DNA from: a virus
Virus record (IMG/VR): IMGVR_UViG_3300002054_000003
Location: 1 to 49,464 of that record
Reading direction: 5' to 3' (one strand)
DNA: 49,464 nucleotides
The position numbers and the translations under genes are program-made. Positions 19,701 to 28,755 of the stretch are shown here, one piece after another; the stretch's first letter is position 1; every line of letters begins with the position of its first letter. The notes under the pieces are model-generated. The model ran no database searches, had not been told where the DNA came from, and was given only the letters and a program-made list of their open reading frames with translations.

Positions 19701-19886
19701 TCAGGTGCGATCTTAAACGTCAGTCAGGCACAAGAAGCTATGCGTTCGCAGCAGTCACCTACTATTCAAGTAGCACCTGCACCCGTGAACCTTTATGACG
19801 ATCCACGCACGATCGATCGTCACAGAATGTCACCAGATGGTGAACGCGCCCGTCAAAGGGCTAATCGGAGGTTAGAGAATGTCTAG
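16695..19886 (+). CDS. Tape measure protein
   Basis: 1063 aa, Ala-rich and coiled-coil, with central hydrophobic segments. Canonical position. Ends in TAG. Confidence 0.85.
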   Translation: MAVNVEELILDANSDGLREAAEDYDKLGDAGEKTEGRVSRSSRGMEDSISTMGRNAAKSLAAVAAAYVSLNGAAAALNQARNFDAAFAETSTLIEGTTAELAALEEGSKSLADLYGTTAVAQVQAYYQAISAGASDVTVATEILDQANKLAIGGITDVSVGVDALTTAVNAYGPSVLSAGEASDAMFVAMRAGKTTIGELSASLGNIVPLAASAGIAFDEVVGGIAALTTQGLSTSVATTQLRQVIAGIVKPTQEAKDAAKELGIEFDVASLRSKGLAGFLEDIIEKTDGNTDEMAKLFGSVEALGAALAFAGGGGEAFTAIMEAMGMKLGATDVAVKKISESLSKQLSDDLQRLSNIGLEFGEVLLEIAVPALSATVDVLQLLGENADVLTPIILTTGGALVALQLSGTKAAAGLTAAALASVRYVAVAAVLTPQLGLMATAQIALTGATTALTAAVTLLTGPLGVIVAGVAAATIAINLMGNDLDEAAVSAEASAQALGDLDYALRTVNTSTEAGSARARQIAASHYQAAEAALTAAEAEARLALERFNASQETFNPFDGPSNAELREVHANLLVAQAAVQAIRDRMAEFGAITNESGEVIDENTGRVVRTAEEIQRMHAMQLKFMSEDRQRSAEQLAEANEILTKYQQQVEMQRLIGMHGSDSVQVAAERQRRERAVVEQQLEGLDVAQSVKDEILNAVDATYQTEQATAAWEQRMVGVAAQINAIGNALSQFGSSAINTAANNAEIAALEAGATVQEAAHQRTLEQINLETEARIAGTNNIVEQMAIRAAAAQEVAEVESQAALAAARAAANERDAANAGGSRATKSQKELNKLRQQGIAITKGLLTEQEQYNEAIAQADRLLAANAISAEFYRRHVEQLNEELDESKFDDITDKINHVSGSMIDAAFSAESYGDVLSDVARAGVDAMAELAAEMLKTYIQQKLLEALLGTPGGDGGLFQTFTGFFGGARADGGPVVAGTPYLVNENTPNSEIFVPSQSGAILNVSQAQEAMRSQQSPTIQVAPAPVNLYDDPRTIDRHRMSPDGERARQRANRRLENV

Positions 19887-21024
19887 CGTCTGGTATTGGC
19901 CACCGAATGCAATATCTGAAAAAATTGAATTTTTGACTGATATCAGAGCATCAAGAACTGCTGAAATCCGTGATAGTTATAAGGATGCTACAAATTATCC
20001 AAAGTATGGGTACAGGGTTCACCATGAAATAGGTGAAGCGATGATTGATCTTTATCGATCAGACCCACTTGGTGAATATCTTGTTCCTGAATGGTCTACG
20101 GCTACAGTTTCAAAAAACGTAATTATTAACCTTGGTCAAACAATTATTCCTGTTGAAGATTCTTCAGTTTATGAAGTTGGTGGTTTGGTTTTCATTGGAA
20201 ATGGTAAGCACGAATGGGAACAAGCAACTGTTGGTTCATTAGGTGTTGGAACAATAACTTTAACAACTGGCACTGTGAATGCATATTCTGGATCACAATT
20301 TAGGGCTGTTTTTGTAGCACCATTAATTTCATGTATTTTACCATCAGGAATTAATTTCAATTCTCAATTTAGAGTAATTAATTTAACGTGTAATTTTTTA
20401 AATTCTGCAACTATTGATATAGCTGAAAATATTTATCCAGAGTATTTATCTTTACCATTAGTTACTGATGGTAAAATTGGTGTTTCACAATTAAGTGGAT
20501 CAGTTAGACAATTTGCTGAATTATTTGATTCCGGTCACGGTGCTTATGACTTAATCGCACAAGAAGAATATTCGAAAAGATATGGTGAATTTTCTTTTTA
20601 CGATTCTGATTATCAATCAAGACTGAACAGACGTAAGTTCTTACATTTCATGCGTGGTATGGACGGTGAAATGTGGGTTCGAAGTGGTCAACGTGATTTA
20701 AATTTATTGTCAGGTTTTTCAGCTGCAAGTATTAGTTTAAGCGTCAAACCTTTCACATCAGTAAGCCGAATGATAGGCAAACATATCTACTTGAAAGAAG
20801 GTGGTCAAATAGCTGCACGTGAAGTCACAAGTGCAACAGATGTGTCTGACTCTGAACAGACTTTGTTTTTAAGTTCACCACCCGGCTTTGATGGAACAAT
20901 TTCGACCATGGTTAGCCTTTTGCACAAAAGCAGATTTGACCAAGATATGTTTGACATTTCTTATCGGTTCACGCCATTTGGGTTGAAGTCTTCTTTGACT
21001 GCGAAGGTTGTAGAGGTTCCATAA
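19879..21024 (+). CDS. Distal tail protein (putative)
   Basis: First gene after the tape measure. Confidence 0.55.
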   Translation: MSSVWYWPPNAISEKIEFLTDIRASRTAEIRDSYKDATNYPKYGYRVHHEIGEAMIDLYRSDPLGEYLVPEWSTATVSKNVIINLGQTIIPVEDSSVYEVGGLVFIGNGKHEWEQATVGSLGVGTITLTTGTVNAYSGSQFRAVFVAPLISCILPSGINFNSQFRVINLTCNFLNSATIDIAENIYPEYLSLPLVTDGKIGVSQLSGSVRQFAELFDSGHGAYDLIAQEEYSKRYGEFSFYDSDYQSRLNRRKFLHFMRGMDGEMWVRSGQRDLNLLSGFSAASISLSVKPFTSVSRMIGKHIYLKEGGQIAAREVTSATDVSDSEQTLFLSSPPGFDGTISTMVSLLHKSRFDQDMFDISYRFTPFGLKSSLTAKVVEVP

Positions 21025-21896
21025 TGGCTTTCAGTGACTATGTTGCTAGAATCTTTGGTAAAAAACCTGTTTGGCTTTATCGAATTGAAGTTGATGGTCA
21101 GCGGTTCCACATGGTTTCACAGGCAAGGTCTTTCACAACTGGTGCTGATCGGCCTGATGACACTTACCCTACTGGTCAAACATTTGACGTGACTGCAATA
21201 AAACGTGGTGAAATTATTGAAACCACTTTAGCTTCACGATCGGATACAACTTTAAATATGCCGACTTCTGCACCTGTAATACAAGCCATTCTTGATAGTG
21301 AAAATGTTCAGGAAACAAAAGTTACTATTTGGCAAGGCTATGTGGGTGATCCTGATGAAGAATATTTAATAAGATTTATTGGTAGAGTAGTTTCTTTAGA
21401 ACCTACACTTCTTTTAACCACATTAAATTGTGAAACTGATCTTACTTTAATGAATAGATCATCCGTCGCACAAGTAATGCAACGTCCTTGCCGTCATGCT
21501 CACTATTTCACAAATTCAGATGGTGGTGGATGCAGACTTAACTTAGCTGACCATCAACAGGAAGCACCTATTAGTGCTGTTAATGGACTTTCTGTGACTG
21601 TCCCACTTGCAGGTCTTCAGCCTGAAGGTGTGTTCTTGGCAGGTGTTTTTGAATATGACGGAATTGAATATATGATAGAAAATCATTTAGGTGAAGTTCT
21701 ATTTCTTGAATCTGAACCTGTTGGTTTAGCAGAAGATTTTGAAGCAAATAATTTACTTACTTTACCCACTAATGTTTTAATTGCTGAAGGATGTAATTTG
21801 ACTGCTGAAAATTGTCTTGCTTTTGATAACATTGTAAATTTCGGCGGATTTAGATTTATGCTTGATACCCCGTTTGACGGAAGGAGTATCGCTTAA
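21024..21896 (+). CDS. DUF2163 / BR0599-like tail protein (GTA g13-like)
   Basis: WLYRIEVDG near the N-terminus and CRHAHYF..GGGCRLNL in the C-terminal half resemble the family as I recall it. Confidence 0.6.
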   Translation: MAFSDYVARIFGKKPVWLYRIEVDGQRFHMVSQARSFTTGADRPDDTYPTGQTFDVTAIKRGEIIETTLASRSDTTLNMPTSAPVIQAILDSENVQETKVTIWQGYVGDPDEEYLIRFIGRVVSLEPTLLLTTLNCETDLTLMNRSSVAQVMQRPCRHAHYFTNSDGGGCRLNLADHQQEAPISAVNGLSVTVPLAGLQPEGVFLAGVFEYDGIEYMIENHLGEVLFLESEPVGLAEDFEANNLLTLPTNVLIAEGCNLTAENCLAFDNIVNFGGFRFMLDTPFDGRSIA

Positions 21897-22126
21897 TGTT
21901 TTGGAGGTTAGCGCTATATGTATTTTTCTCTTTTGTGCAAGCTGCTTTGTATCGTCCACCACCGGGATCAAAAGCGGCCACATTAAATGATTTCAATATA
22001 CCTAAAGCGAATGAAGGTGATGCAATCTATGATTTTGCAGGCACAACATGGATTAAAGATGCACATGTAGCTGTATATGGTGATTTCAGAAGTGTAGGTA
22101 TATACAAGAGGGGCGGTAAAAAATGA
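21896..22126 (+). CDS. Small protein with an N-terminal hydrophobic segment
   Basis: ORF track, with ATGT overlap coupling. Confidence 0.45.
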   Translation: MFWRLALYVFFSFVQAALYRPPPGSKAATLNDFNIPKANEGDAIYDFAGTTWIKDAHVAVYGDFRSVGIYKRGGKK

Positions 22127-22326
22127 CAATCATAACACGACAAGACACGCTTCATCCTGACTCTTATGTGTGTAAAAGAATTAGTGCATGGTTCAAGAAA
22201 CATAATTTGGATTATGAAAAATTTAAACGTGAAGGAATTCATGTTGATGAACTACGTGCAACAGGTGAGCAAAAAGAAAAAATAGATGCTCTTGAAAAAA
22301 CAGCAATTAACAGGATGTCCAAATAA
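22123..22326 (+). CDS. Hypothetical protein
   Basis: ORF track, coupled to its neighbours. Confidence 0.45.
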   Translation: MTIITRQDTLHPDSYVCKRISAWFKKHNLDYEKFKREGIHVDELRATGEQKEKIDALEKTAINRMSK

Positions 22327-25181
22327 TGGGCGGTCGTAAAAAATCAAAGGTCGGTAATAAGTATGAAGTAGGTTTTCATTTGATACCTTGTCGTCAAGCC
22401 GATGCACTTTTAGCGTTAAGAGCGAATGACGAACCTTTATGGGAAGGTAGGCAAGGTCAAGGTCGTCTTGCTATTGATAAACCTAATGCGTTTGGTGGTA
22501 CTGAACGTGAAGGTGGTTTTTCAGGTGAAATTGACGTTGAACTAGGTGGTAATAGCCAAGGTGTCAACGATTATCTAAGCAGTGTATTCGGACCCCTTGT
22601 GAGTGCTCACAGGGGAGTTGTGGGGTTAGTTTATCGCCGTCCTTATGTTAGTGCTAATACCGCTAGATTACCTTCGATTTCACATAAGATGTTAAACATC
22701 GAAGGTATTCATCGTGGTTGGGAAACTGATAAAGTAGTTGTTAATTCAGAAGCAGGTTTTTTAAATTCTGATATTTACATTGCATTAGATATGACTGCTT
22801 CAAATACAGAAGCTACCCTTTTCACATTAAGAACATCAGTAATTGGTTTATTGAATGCTATGAAGGGTCGCCCTAATAGTGTAAAAATAGTTACTTTCTC
22901 AACCAATATTCTTACTTCAATTGAAAGAATTGAATGTTCTGATCAAGATTATGATGACTTAATTGCATTCGTTGATGCAATAAGTCTTGATGATGTGATT
23001 TCAGGTAATGGATGGGGTAGTGCTATTTCAGAAGCTTCAGCATTTTTTACTGATTCTGAAAATTTTGAACGTGATTTTAATAGTAATTCAGCTGCATCAG
23101 GCATTTCTTTTTCTGGTGGTCAAGCATCTGAAACAAGAAGAAAAGTAATCATCTACATTGTTGATGGTGATCAAGGTGATGCTACATCAGCTAAAGCTAC
23201 AATTGATGCAATAGGTGGTGTTGAAACCTTTTTATTCACTAGTGCAGGTGCTATCACAACTGGTGCTATTTTAGATACCACACCTTTAGATGGAATACCT
23301 TTCATTTCAGGTGATGGCACAAATGCTTTGACAAACTCTTTAAGTAACTCATTCACTAAATGGGCTGATTTAAATCCTGCACATATTATTCGTTGTCTAC
23401 TTACTGACCCCATGCGCGGTGGTACAGTTCCTGAATCTGAAATAGGTGATTCATTTGCAATTGAGGCACAAAATTACAAAGATGAAGGATTTGGAATATC
23501 TGTTAAATTTCGTGGTGTAGATCAAGTTATTGCTGATCGTCGTGAAGTTGAAAGACATACTGACTCTATCAGTTTTAAAAGTACAAAAACTGGTAAATGG
23601 GAACACAAAAGAATTCGTGATAATTTTGTTGCCGGTGATCTAACTGTTTTAGATTCATCCATTGTGACTGATTGGTCAGGTTTATCACGTCCTGAACTTT
23701 CTGAAATACCTAATCAATTAACAGTAACTTTCACAAAACGTGAAAATGGTGAAAAAGGTAGTGTTACAAGAACAAATCCTGTAGGTGTTAGGCGTCAAGG
23801 TCGTATAATTAAAGCTGAACCAGCTAATTATCCGTTTGTGACAAGGGAAGAATTAGCAATTAAACTTTGCTTAAGAGATTTAAGAAGTATTTCAAAAAGA
23901 CTTTGGAACGGCACTATTCCGTTAACTTATTTACCAGCAGATATTGAAGTTGGTGATCGTGCAATTTTAAACGAACCTGCTTTAAGAATTGACAATGTTA
24001 TTGTTGTAATTTCTGAAATTAGACATGGTGATAGTACAGATGCGCGTGCGTGGATCACTGTAAGTGAAGATAAGTATTCTGCACCTGAAGTCGTTTTGTC
24101 GAATGATTTTGGTGAAACAATAAGCACAGGTGCATTGCCCGTTGATTATAGAGTTGTTACTGAAACACCTTATTATTTAGGTGTAATACTTTCTGGTCAA
24201 AATGAAATTGATAATGGTTTAACAGATGAACCTGACCTTGGTAGACTTCTTTTAGCAGGTGGCGCACCAAGTGGTGCACATGTAAATTTCACAGGAGGTG
24301 TTGATTCAGGTGCCGGTTTAGAAGATGTTGGTGTTTTTGATTTCGAACCTTACGGTGAACTTACAACTGCTGCACCTGCTGAAGCGGATTTTACCACTTT
24401 AACCACCACTTCAAACCCAACTCTTGCAGATATTGAAGTTGGTGATTTAGCGTATTTGGGTGAAGAAATTATTAGGATAGATAGTCTTGTTGAAAACGGC
24501 ACATTGATTGATATGACTGTTGGTCGTGGATGTTTAGATACTGTCCCGCAACAACATGAAGTTGGTACATCTTTTGTCGTGATTTCTGATGCTGATCCTT
24601 TGACTGATGATTTTTTAGCAGCACAATCTGTAGACGTGAAATTAATCAGTCGTACAGGTAAAGAACAATTATTAATCGCTAATGCACCACAAGATACTGT
24701 TGTTTTTAATAGTCGTGCTATTCGTCCTTATCCACCCGGAAATCTTCAAATAAATGGAAGTTACGCGCAATTTGAAAATTATGATGACGTTGTTTTAACT
24801 TGGTCACATCGTGATAGAACATTTCAAACAACACCAAATGTTGAAGATCATACTTTTTCCGATATTGGTCCTGAAACAGGTGTAACTTATCAACTCACTG
24901 TGGATGCAATAGATGATAGTGGCATTTTGATTTCAAATCTTTTAGATATAAATCTTGGTACAGCCACAACGTATGATTGGGATGACGCAACTGTACTTCC
25001 TGCAAATACTGATCATTTGCGTTTTCAAGTCACTTCTTTAAGAGACGGTTATTCGAGTTGGCAAGCTGCCACAATTAACGTATCTTTAAACAGCAATATG
25101 CTTTGGGATCAGTTTGATGAACTTGCAGAATCTAACATAGCCGTTCAAGAAGATAGTTTTGAAATTTGGCTTGATAGATAA
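22326..25181 (+). CDS. Tail tip / host-specificity protein (gpJ / GTA g15-like) with a vWA-like insert
   Basis: 951 aa in the terminal tail position. The N-terminal pattern KYEVGFHLIPC..ADALLALRANDEPLW resembles tip proteins. See the finding on the insert. Confidence 0.7.
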   Translation: MGGRKKSKVGNKYEVGFHLIPCRQADALLALRANDEPLWEGRQGQGRLAIDKPNAFGGTEREGGFSGEIDVELGGNSQGVNDYLSSVFGPLVSAHRGVVGLVYRRPYVSANTARLPSISHKMLNIEGIHRGWETDKVVVNSEAGFLNSDIYIALDMTASNTEATLFTLRTSVIGLLNAMKGRPNSVKIVTFSTNILTSIERIECSDQDYDDLIAFVDAISLDDVISGNGWGSAISEASAFFTDSENFERDFNSNSAASGISFSGGQASETRRKVIIYIVDGDQGDATSAKATIDAIGGVETFLFTSAGAITTGAILDTTPLDGIPFISGDGTNALTNSLSNSFTKWADLNPAHIIRCLLTDPMRGGTVPESEIGDSFAIEAQNYKDEGFGISVKFRGVDQVIADRREVERHTDSISFKSTKTGKWEHKRIRDNFVAGDLTVLDSSIVTDWSGLSRPELSEIPNQLTVTFTKRENGEKGSVTRTNPVGVRRQGRIIKAEPANYPFVTREELAIKLCLRDLRSISKRLWNGTIPLTYLPADIEVGDRAILNEPALRIDNVIVVISEIRHGDSTDARAWITVSEDKYSAPEVVLSNDFGETISTGALPVDYRVVTETPYYLGVILSGQNEIDNGLTDEPDLGRLLLAGGAPSGAHVNFTGGVDSGAGLEDVGVFDFEPYGELTTAAPAEADFTTLTTTSNPTLADIEVGDLAYLGEEIIRIDSLVENGTLIDMTVGRGCLDTVPQQHEVGTSFVVISDADPLTDDFLAAQSVDVKLISRTGKEQLLIANAPQDTVVFNSRAIRPYPPGNLQINGSYAQFENYDDVVLTWSHRDRTFQTTPNVEDHTFSDIGPETGVTYQLTVDAIDDSGILISNLLDINLGTATTYDWDDATVLPANTDHLRFQVTSLRDGYSSWQAATINVSLNSNMLWDQFDELAESNIAVQEDSFEIWLDR

Positions 25182-25195
25182 TAAGGATGTAAAAA

Positions 25196-26113
25196 ATGCC
25201 TGACACAGAAATTAGCAACCTTCCGGCAGCTGATCCACTTACGGGTGCCGAAATCCTGCCGATCACACAAGGCGGTGTGACGAAGCGGACAACGCTGACA
25301 GATGCTGCGGGTCTGATTGCTGCGGCAACCACAACCCAGAATTGGCAATCACCTTATCGCGGTGCTTTGGCTTCACTGTCCGCCGACATCATCAATCTTA
25401 CAAGTGGAAGCAATGTACCATTCAGTGAAACGGTCTATGATACAGATGGTATTTGGAATGTCGGAAATCCTTCCCGCCTGACCGTTCCTGCTGGTGTTTC
25501 ACGTGTTCGTATTACCGCTTCTATGGAAAGTCCAAGTGCTGGTTTCACGAACAACAGCTTCACCATGCGTCTTTCCAAGAACGGGTTAAACTTCAAGGGT
25601 ATGGCCACCCAATCTGCAACCCTTGGCTTCAACAATGAAGTCATGTCATTTTCCAGTGCGGTCATTGATGTGATCCCCGGTGATTATTTTGAAGTCCGAC
25701 TTTTCCATAGTCAAGACATGGATTTGGATGTCAACACATCTTTTGGAATGGAAATCGTTGAAGCCACAGATGCCGAAGCACGCCCCTATGACCTGACCGG
25801 AACCGTTCTAGGCATTCCTACGGTTTCCGCAATTGTTGATCAGCATGTCATGTCACGTACGACACGAATGTTGCTTGATGGCGGGTCTTCGCAATACTAC
25901 GCAAGCACTGCACCTTCAGCAGACACTGATTTTGATGTCCAAAAAAACGGGGGATCAATTGGCACCTTGACCTTCCTGTCTGGTTCCAACACAGGGTCTT
26001 ATGTTGGCGCACAAACTGATTTCGTGTCAGGTGATCGGATCGCGCTGGTGTCACCGGCGAACGTCAATGGGATCGCAGACGTGTCATTCAACCATCGGAT
26101 GGTTCTGGTATGA
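25196..26113 (+). CDS. Tail fibre protein
   Basis: The N-terminal MPDTEISNLPAADPLTGAEILPITQGG.TKRTTL is a typical fibre N-terminus, followed by beta-rich globular repeats. Confidence 0.65.
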   Translation: MPDTEISNLPAADPLTGAEILPITQGGVTKRTTLTDAAGLIAAATTTQNWQSPYRGALASLSADIINLTSGSNVPFSETVYDTDGIWNVGNPSRLTVPAGVSRVRITASMESPSAGFTNNSFTMRLSKNGLNFKGMATQSATLGFNNEVMSFSSAVIDVIPGDYFEVRLFHSQDMDLDVNTSFGMEIVEATDAEARPYDLTGTVLGIPTVSAIVDQHVMSRTTRMLLDGGSSQYYASTAPSADTDFDVQKNGGSIGTLTFLSGSNTGSYVGAQTDFVSGDRIALVSPANVNGIADVSFNHRMVLV

Positions 26114-27276
26114 ACAACCTAGTTTTGAAGAAAGGTGTCGATTACGATGCCTTCGCTGATTGGCTGACCGAAAAAGGGATCATCTTCACACGTGTTGAAG
26201 GTCTTCCCCGCCACTTTCGTGTTGAAGGTTTCCCAGAACACCCTCACATCCACTTCGTGGAAGAAGATGCCGTGGTTAAAGGTGACGCCGCACAGCCATT
26301 GACACTGAACCCTGACATGACAGGTGCTTGGCAACTACTTCGCACCATTCGTCGTAGAGCACCATACCCTACACGACCTTTTTCGGAACCACAGAACAGT
26401 TTTTTTGACGCGAATTTGACAGGGGCCGGCGTTGATATCCATGTGATCGACACTGGGGTTTCAAACGATGTTACCGAATTGGCAACACCGGGACGGCTGA
26501 TCTATCAGTTCTTTGCGATTCCTGACACAGGGACCAATGGTGATGATCAAGGTCACGGAACAGCCTGTGCTGTTTTAGCAGCTGGTTCAGTTCATGGCAT
26601 AGCACGCGGTGCAAATGTCTTGTCGTACAAGGCTTTGAATTCAGGCAACACCGGAAGCATATCTGACATTGTGTCAGCTATGGGCAACGCACTGACCCAG
26701 TACAATGGGCGAAGCAATCCGGGTGTTGTGTCGATGTCTATCGGTGGGACAGGAAACAACGCTTCTGTGAATTCAGCTATGGATGACATGATTGATGCCG
26801 GAATGGTTGTTCTTGTGTCAGCTGGGAATGGATTTACTGATATTGGAACCTTTGACAGCACCTATACAGAAGCTGATCCAGACGCGATTGTTGTTGGTGG
26901 AACTATGTATGATGACTGGTCTTATTTTGATGGTCGGTTTGGAACCAATTGGGGAACACGGGTTGATATATTATCGCCTTCAAAATTAACAGAAACTATT
27001 CTTGCCACAGATGCAGGCGGTGGACCTTCAGTGACAAGACTATTTTCAGGAACATCTGCAGGTTGCCCTATAGCAGCTGGTGTCATGGCTTGCTATCTTC
27101 AAGGATTGTCAAAGTTGACAGGTCGATCACAAGTTCAGGCCGCTAAACAATACCTTCTGGATGTGGCGACCACAGGTGCTGTAAAAATCCATCCTATACA
27201 GCCAGTCCTTCCTGATCGCATTGTCTATCTAAACCCGAACCAGTCTGTGAACAATATTCCCGGAATAAACGCGTGA
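26110..27276 (+). CDS. Subtilisin-like serine protease (peptidase S8)
   Basis: The catalytic triad motifs are in order: HVIDTGV (Asp), GHGTACA (His) and GTSAGCPIAAG (Ser), with SAGNG for the oxyanion Asn. Confidence 0.85.
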   Translation: MNNLVLKKGVDYDAFADWLTEKGIIFTRVEGLPRHFRVEGFPEHPHIHFVEEDAVVKGDAAQPLTLNPDMTGAWQLLRTIRRRAPYPTRPFSEPQNSFFDANLTGAGVDIHVIDTGVSNDVTELATPGRLIYQFFAIPDTGTNGDDQGHGTACAVLAAGSVHGIARGANVLSYKALNSGNTGSISDIVSAMGNALTQYNGRSNPGVVSMSIGGTGNNASVNSAMDDMIDAGMVVLVSAGNGFTDIGTFDSTYTEADPDAIVVGGTMYDDWSYFDGRFGTNWGTRVDILSPSKLTETILATDAGGGPSVTRLFSGTSAGCPIAAGVMACYLQGLSKLTGRSQVQAAKQYLLDVATTGAVKIHPIQPVLPDRIVYLNPNQSVNNIPGINA

Positions 27277-27296
27277 AACTCAAAAGGACTTAAAAA

Positions 27297-28340
27297 ATGT
27301 CAGACTTCAAACGAACTATTACACATTGGACAGGTGGTGGTGGTCGTGCCAATTCCACAGATAAACGTCATTATCATAGAATTACTGAACATGATGGAAA
27401 TGTTGTAAAAGGTAACGAAAAAATTGAAGATAATATTGTTACTTCAGATGGTGATTATGCAGCACATACTCGTAATTTAAATACTGGTTCGATTGGTTTA
27501 GCCATGGCAGGTATGATGGATGCAACAGAATATCCATTAAATTTTGGACCAGCACCAATTACCAGAACGCAATTTGAAGCACACTGCCGATTGCTTGCAG
27601 AAATTCACACTGAATATCGGATTCCTGTCACACCGCAAACTTGTTTAACACATGCTGAAGTGGAGCCGACACTTGGTGTAAAGCAAAGAAACAAGTGGGA
27701 TATCACCGTTCTGCAATTCGAACCAACTATTCGCGGTGCAATTCCTATTGGTGATTACATGCGTGAACGCGTGAAATTTTACATGGGTGCAGATTATCCA
27801 CAAGAAAATGATTATCCTATTGTTCGTCAAGGTTCCCGCGGTCGCTTTGTGGAAGAACTTCAGGAATTGCTTATGTCAGCACGATATTTCCCCGGTAAAG
27901 CTGATGGCATTTTCGGTAATCGTACACGTGATGCTTTAATGAGTTTTCAGGCTGATAACGAATTAAAAATTGATGGTATTGCTGGTTCGCAAACATGGGC
28001 TGCACTGATGAATGCAAAGTCTGCACCAATGCGTGAAATAACCATGGGTGAACTTAAGGATGAAGGTTCGAAAACGATTAAGTCTGCAGATGAAGGACAG
28101 GCTGTAATCACACTTGGTGGTGGCGCTACAGCCGCTTTAGCTACCCTTGATCAGCTGACAGGTGCTAAAGAGACTGTATCAGAAGCTGAAGGTGTTTTGG
28201 ACACCTTGCAAGCGATGTTGTTTCAATACTGGCCGTTGATCGTTATTGGTATTATGGGTGCGTTGTTGTGGCGTCATTTCAATGGTATTAAACGTTTCAG
28301 ATTGTTTGATGCAATCACTGGTAAAAACATGGGAAGGTGA
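27297..28340 (+). CDS. Endolysin: amidase_2 (PGRP-like) + PG_binding_1 + C-terminal TM helix
   Basis: Amidase motifs are HYHRI..DG.VVKG, AAHTRNLNTGSIGLAMAG and THAEV. The PG-binding repeat is GSRGRFVEELQ..DGIFGNRTRDALMSFQ..DGIAG. YWPLIVIGIMGALLW lies near the C-terminus. Confidence 0.85.
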   Translation: MSDFKRTITHWTGGGGRANSTDKRHYHRITEHDGNVVKGNEKIEDNIVTSDGDYAAHTRNLNTGSIGLAMAGMMDATEYPLNFGPAPITRTQFEAHCRLLAEIHTEYRIPVTPQTCLTHAEVEPTLGVKQRNKWDITVLQFEPTIRGAIPIGDYMRERVKFYMGADYPQENDYPIVRQGSRGRFVEELQELLMSARYFPGKADGIFGNRTRDALMSFQADNELKIDGIAGSQTWAALMNAKSAPMREITMGELKDEGSKTIKSADEGQAVITLGGGATAALATLDQLTGAKETVSEAEGVLDTLQAMLFQYWPLIVIGIMGALLWRHFNGIKRFRLFDAITGKNMGR

Positions 28341-28343
28341 AAA

Positions 28344-28601
28344 ATGTTTGCGTATCTTTCAGGTGGTCTTGCAATTGTAACTGTAGGATCAGTGATTTAT
28401 TCTTCAATTCTTTCGGGTGATAATGAATCATTACGTAACGAAATGAAAATTCTGGAACTTGAATTAACCGCTTGCGGTGGAACACTTAAAACTGTTCTTG
28501 ATGATGTAAGGTCTGACAATGAAATTAATTTACTTCCCGATTCTGCTTTACGCAGTGTTCCTGATCACTGGTTGCAGCCCAGAACCGAAACTGATCAGTG
28601 A
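28344..28601 (+). CDS. i-spanin (Rz-like)
   Basis: An N-terminal TM helix and a charged periplasmic region. It contains the start of the overlapping lipoprotein gene. Confidence 0.65.
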   Translation: MFAYLSGGLAIVTVGSVIYSSILSGDNESLRNEMKILELELTACGGTLKTVLDDVRSDNEINLLPDSALRSVPDHWLQPRTETDQ

Positions 28602-28755
28602 CGATAAAGCAAACTTCTGCGATGTGGAAGAACCACGACGTTTTTCACAAGAAGAACTTGATTGGCGTGCAGAAAATGCACCTTGGAATTTACGACGCGA
28701 TCACAAGACTAACACCACTTGGGATCGTGAATGTGTAAAACCTAAAGAAAATTAA
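28519..28755 (+). CDS. o-spanin (Rz1-like lipoprotein)
   Basis: A signal peptide ending in the lipobox LITGC. It starts inside the i-spanin gene in another frame and extends past it. Confidence 0.7.
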   Translation: MKLIYFPILLYAVFLITGCSPEPKLISDDKANFCDVEEPRRFSQEELDWRAENAPWNLRRDHKTNTTWDRECVKPKEN

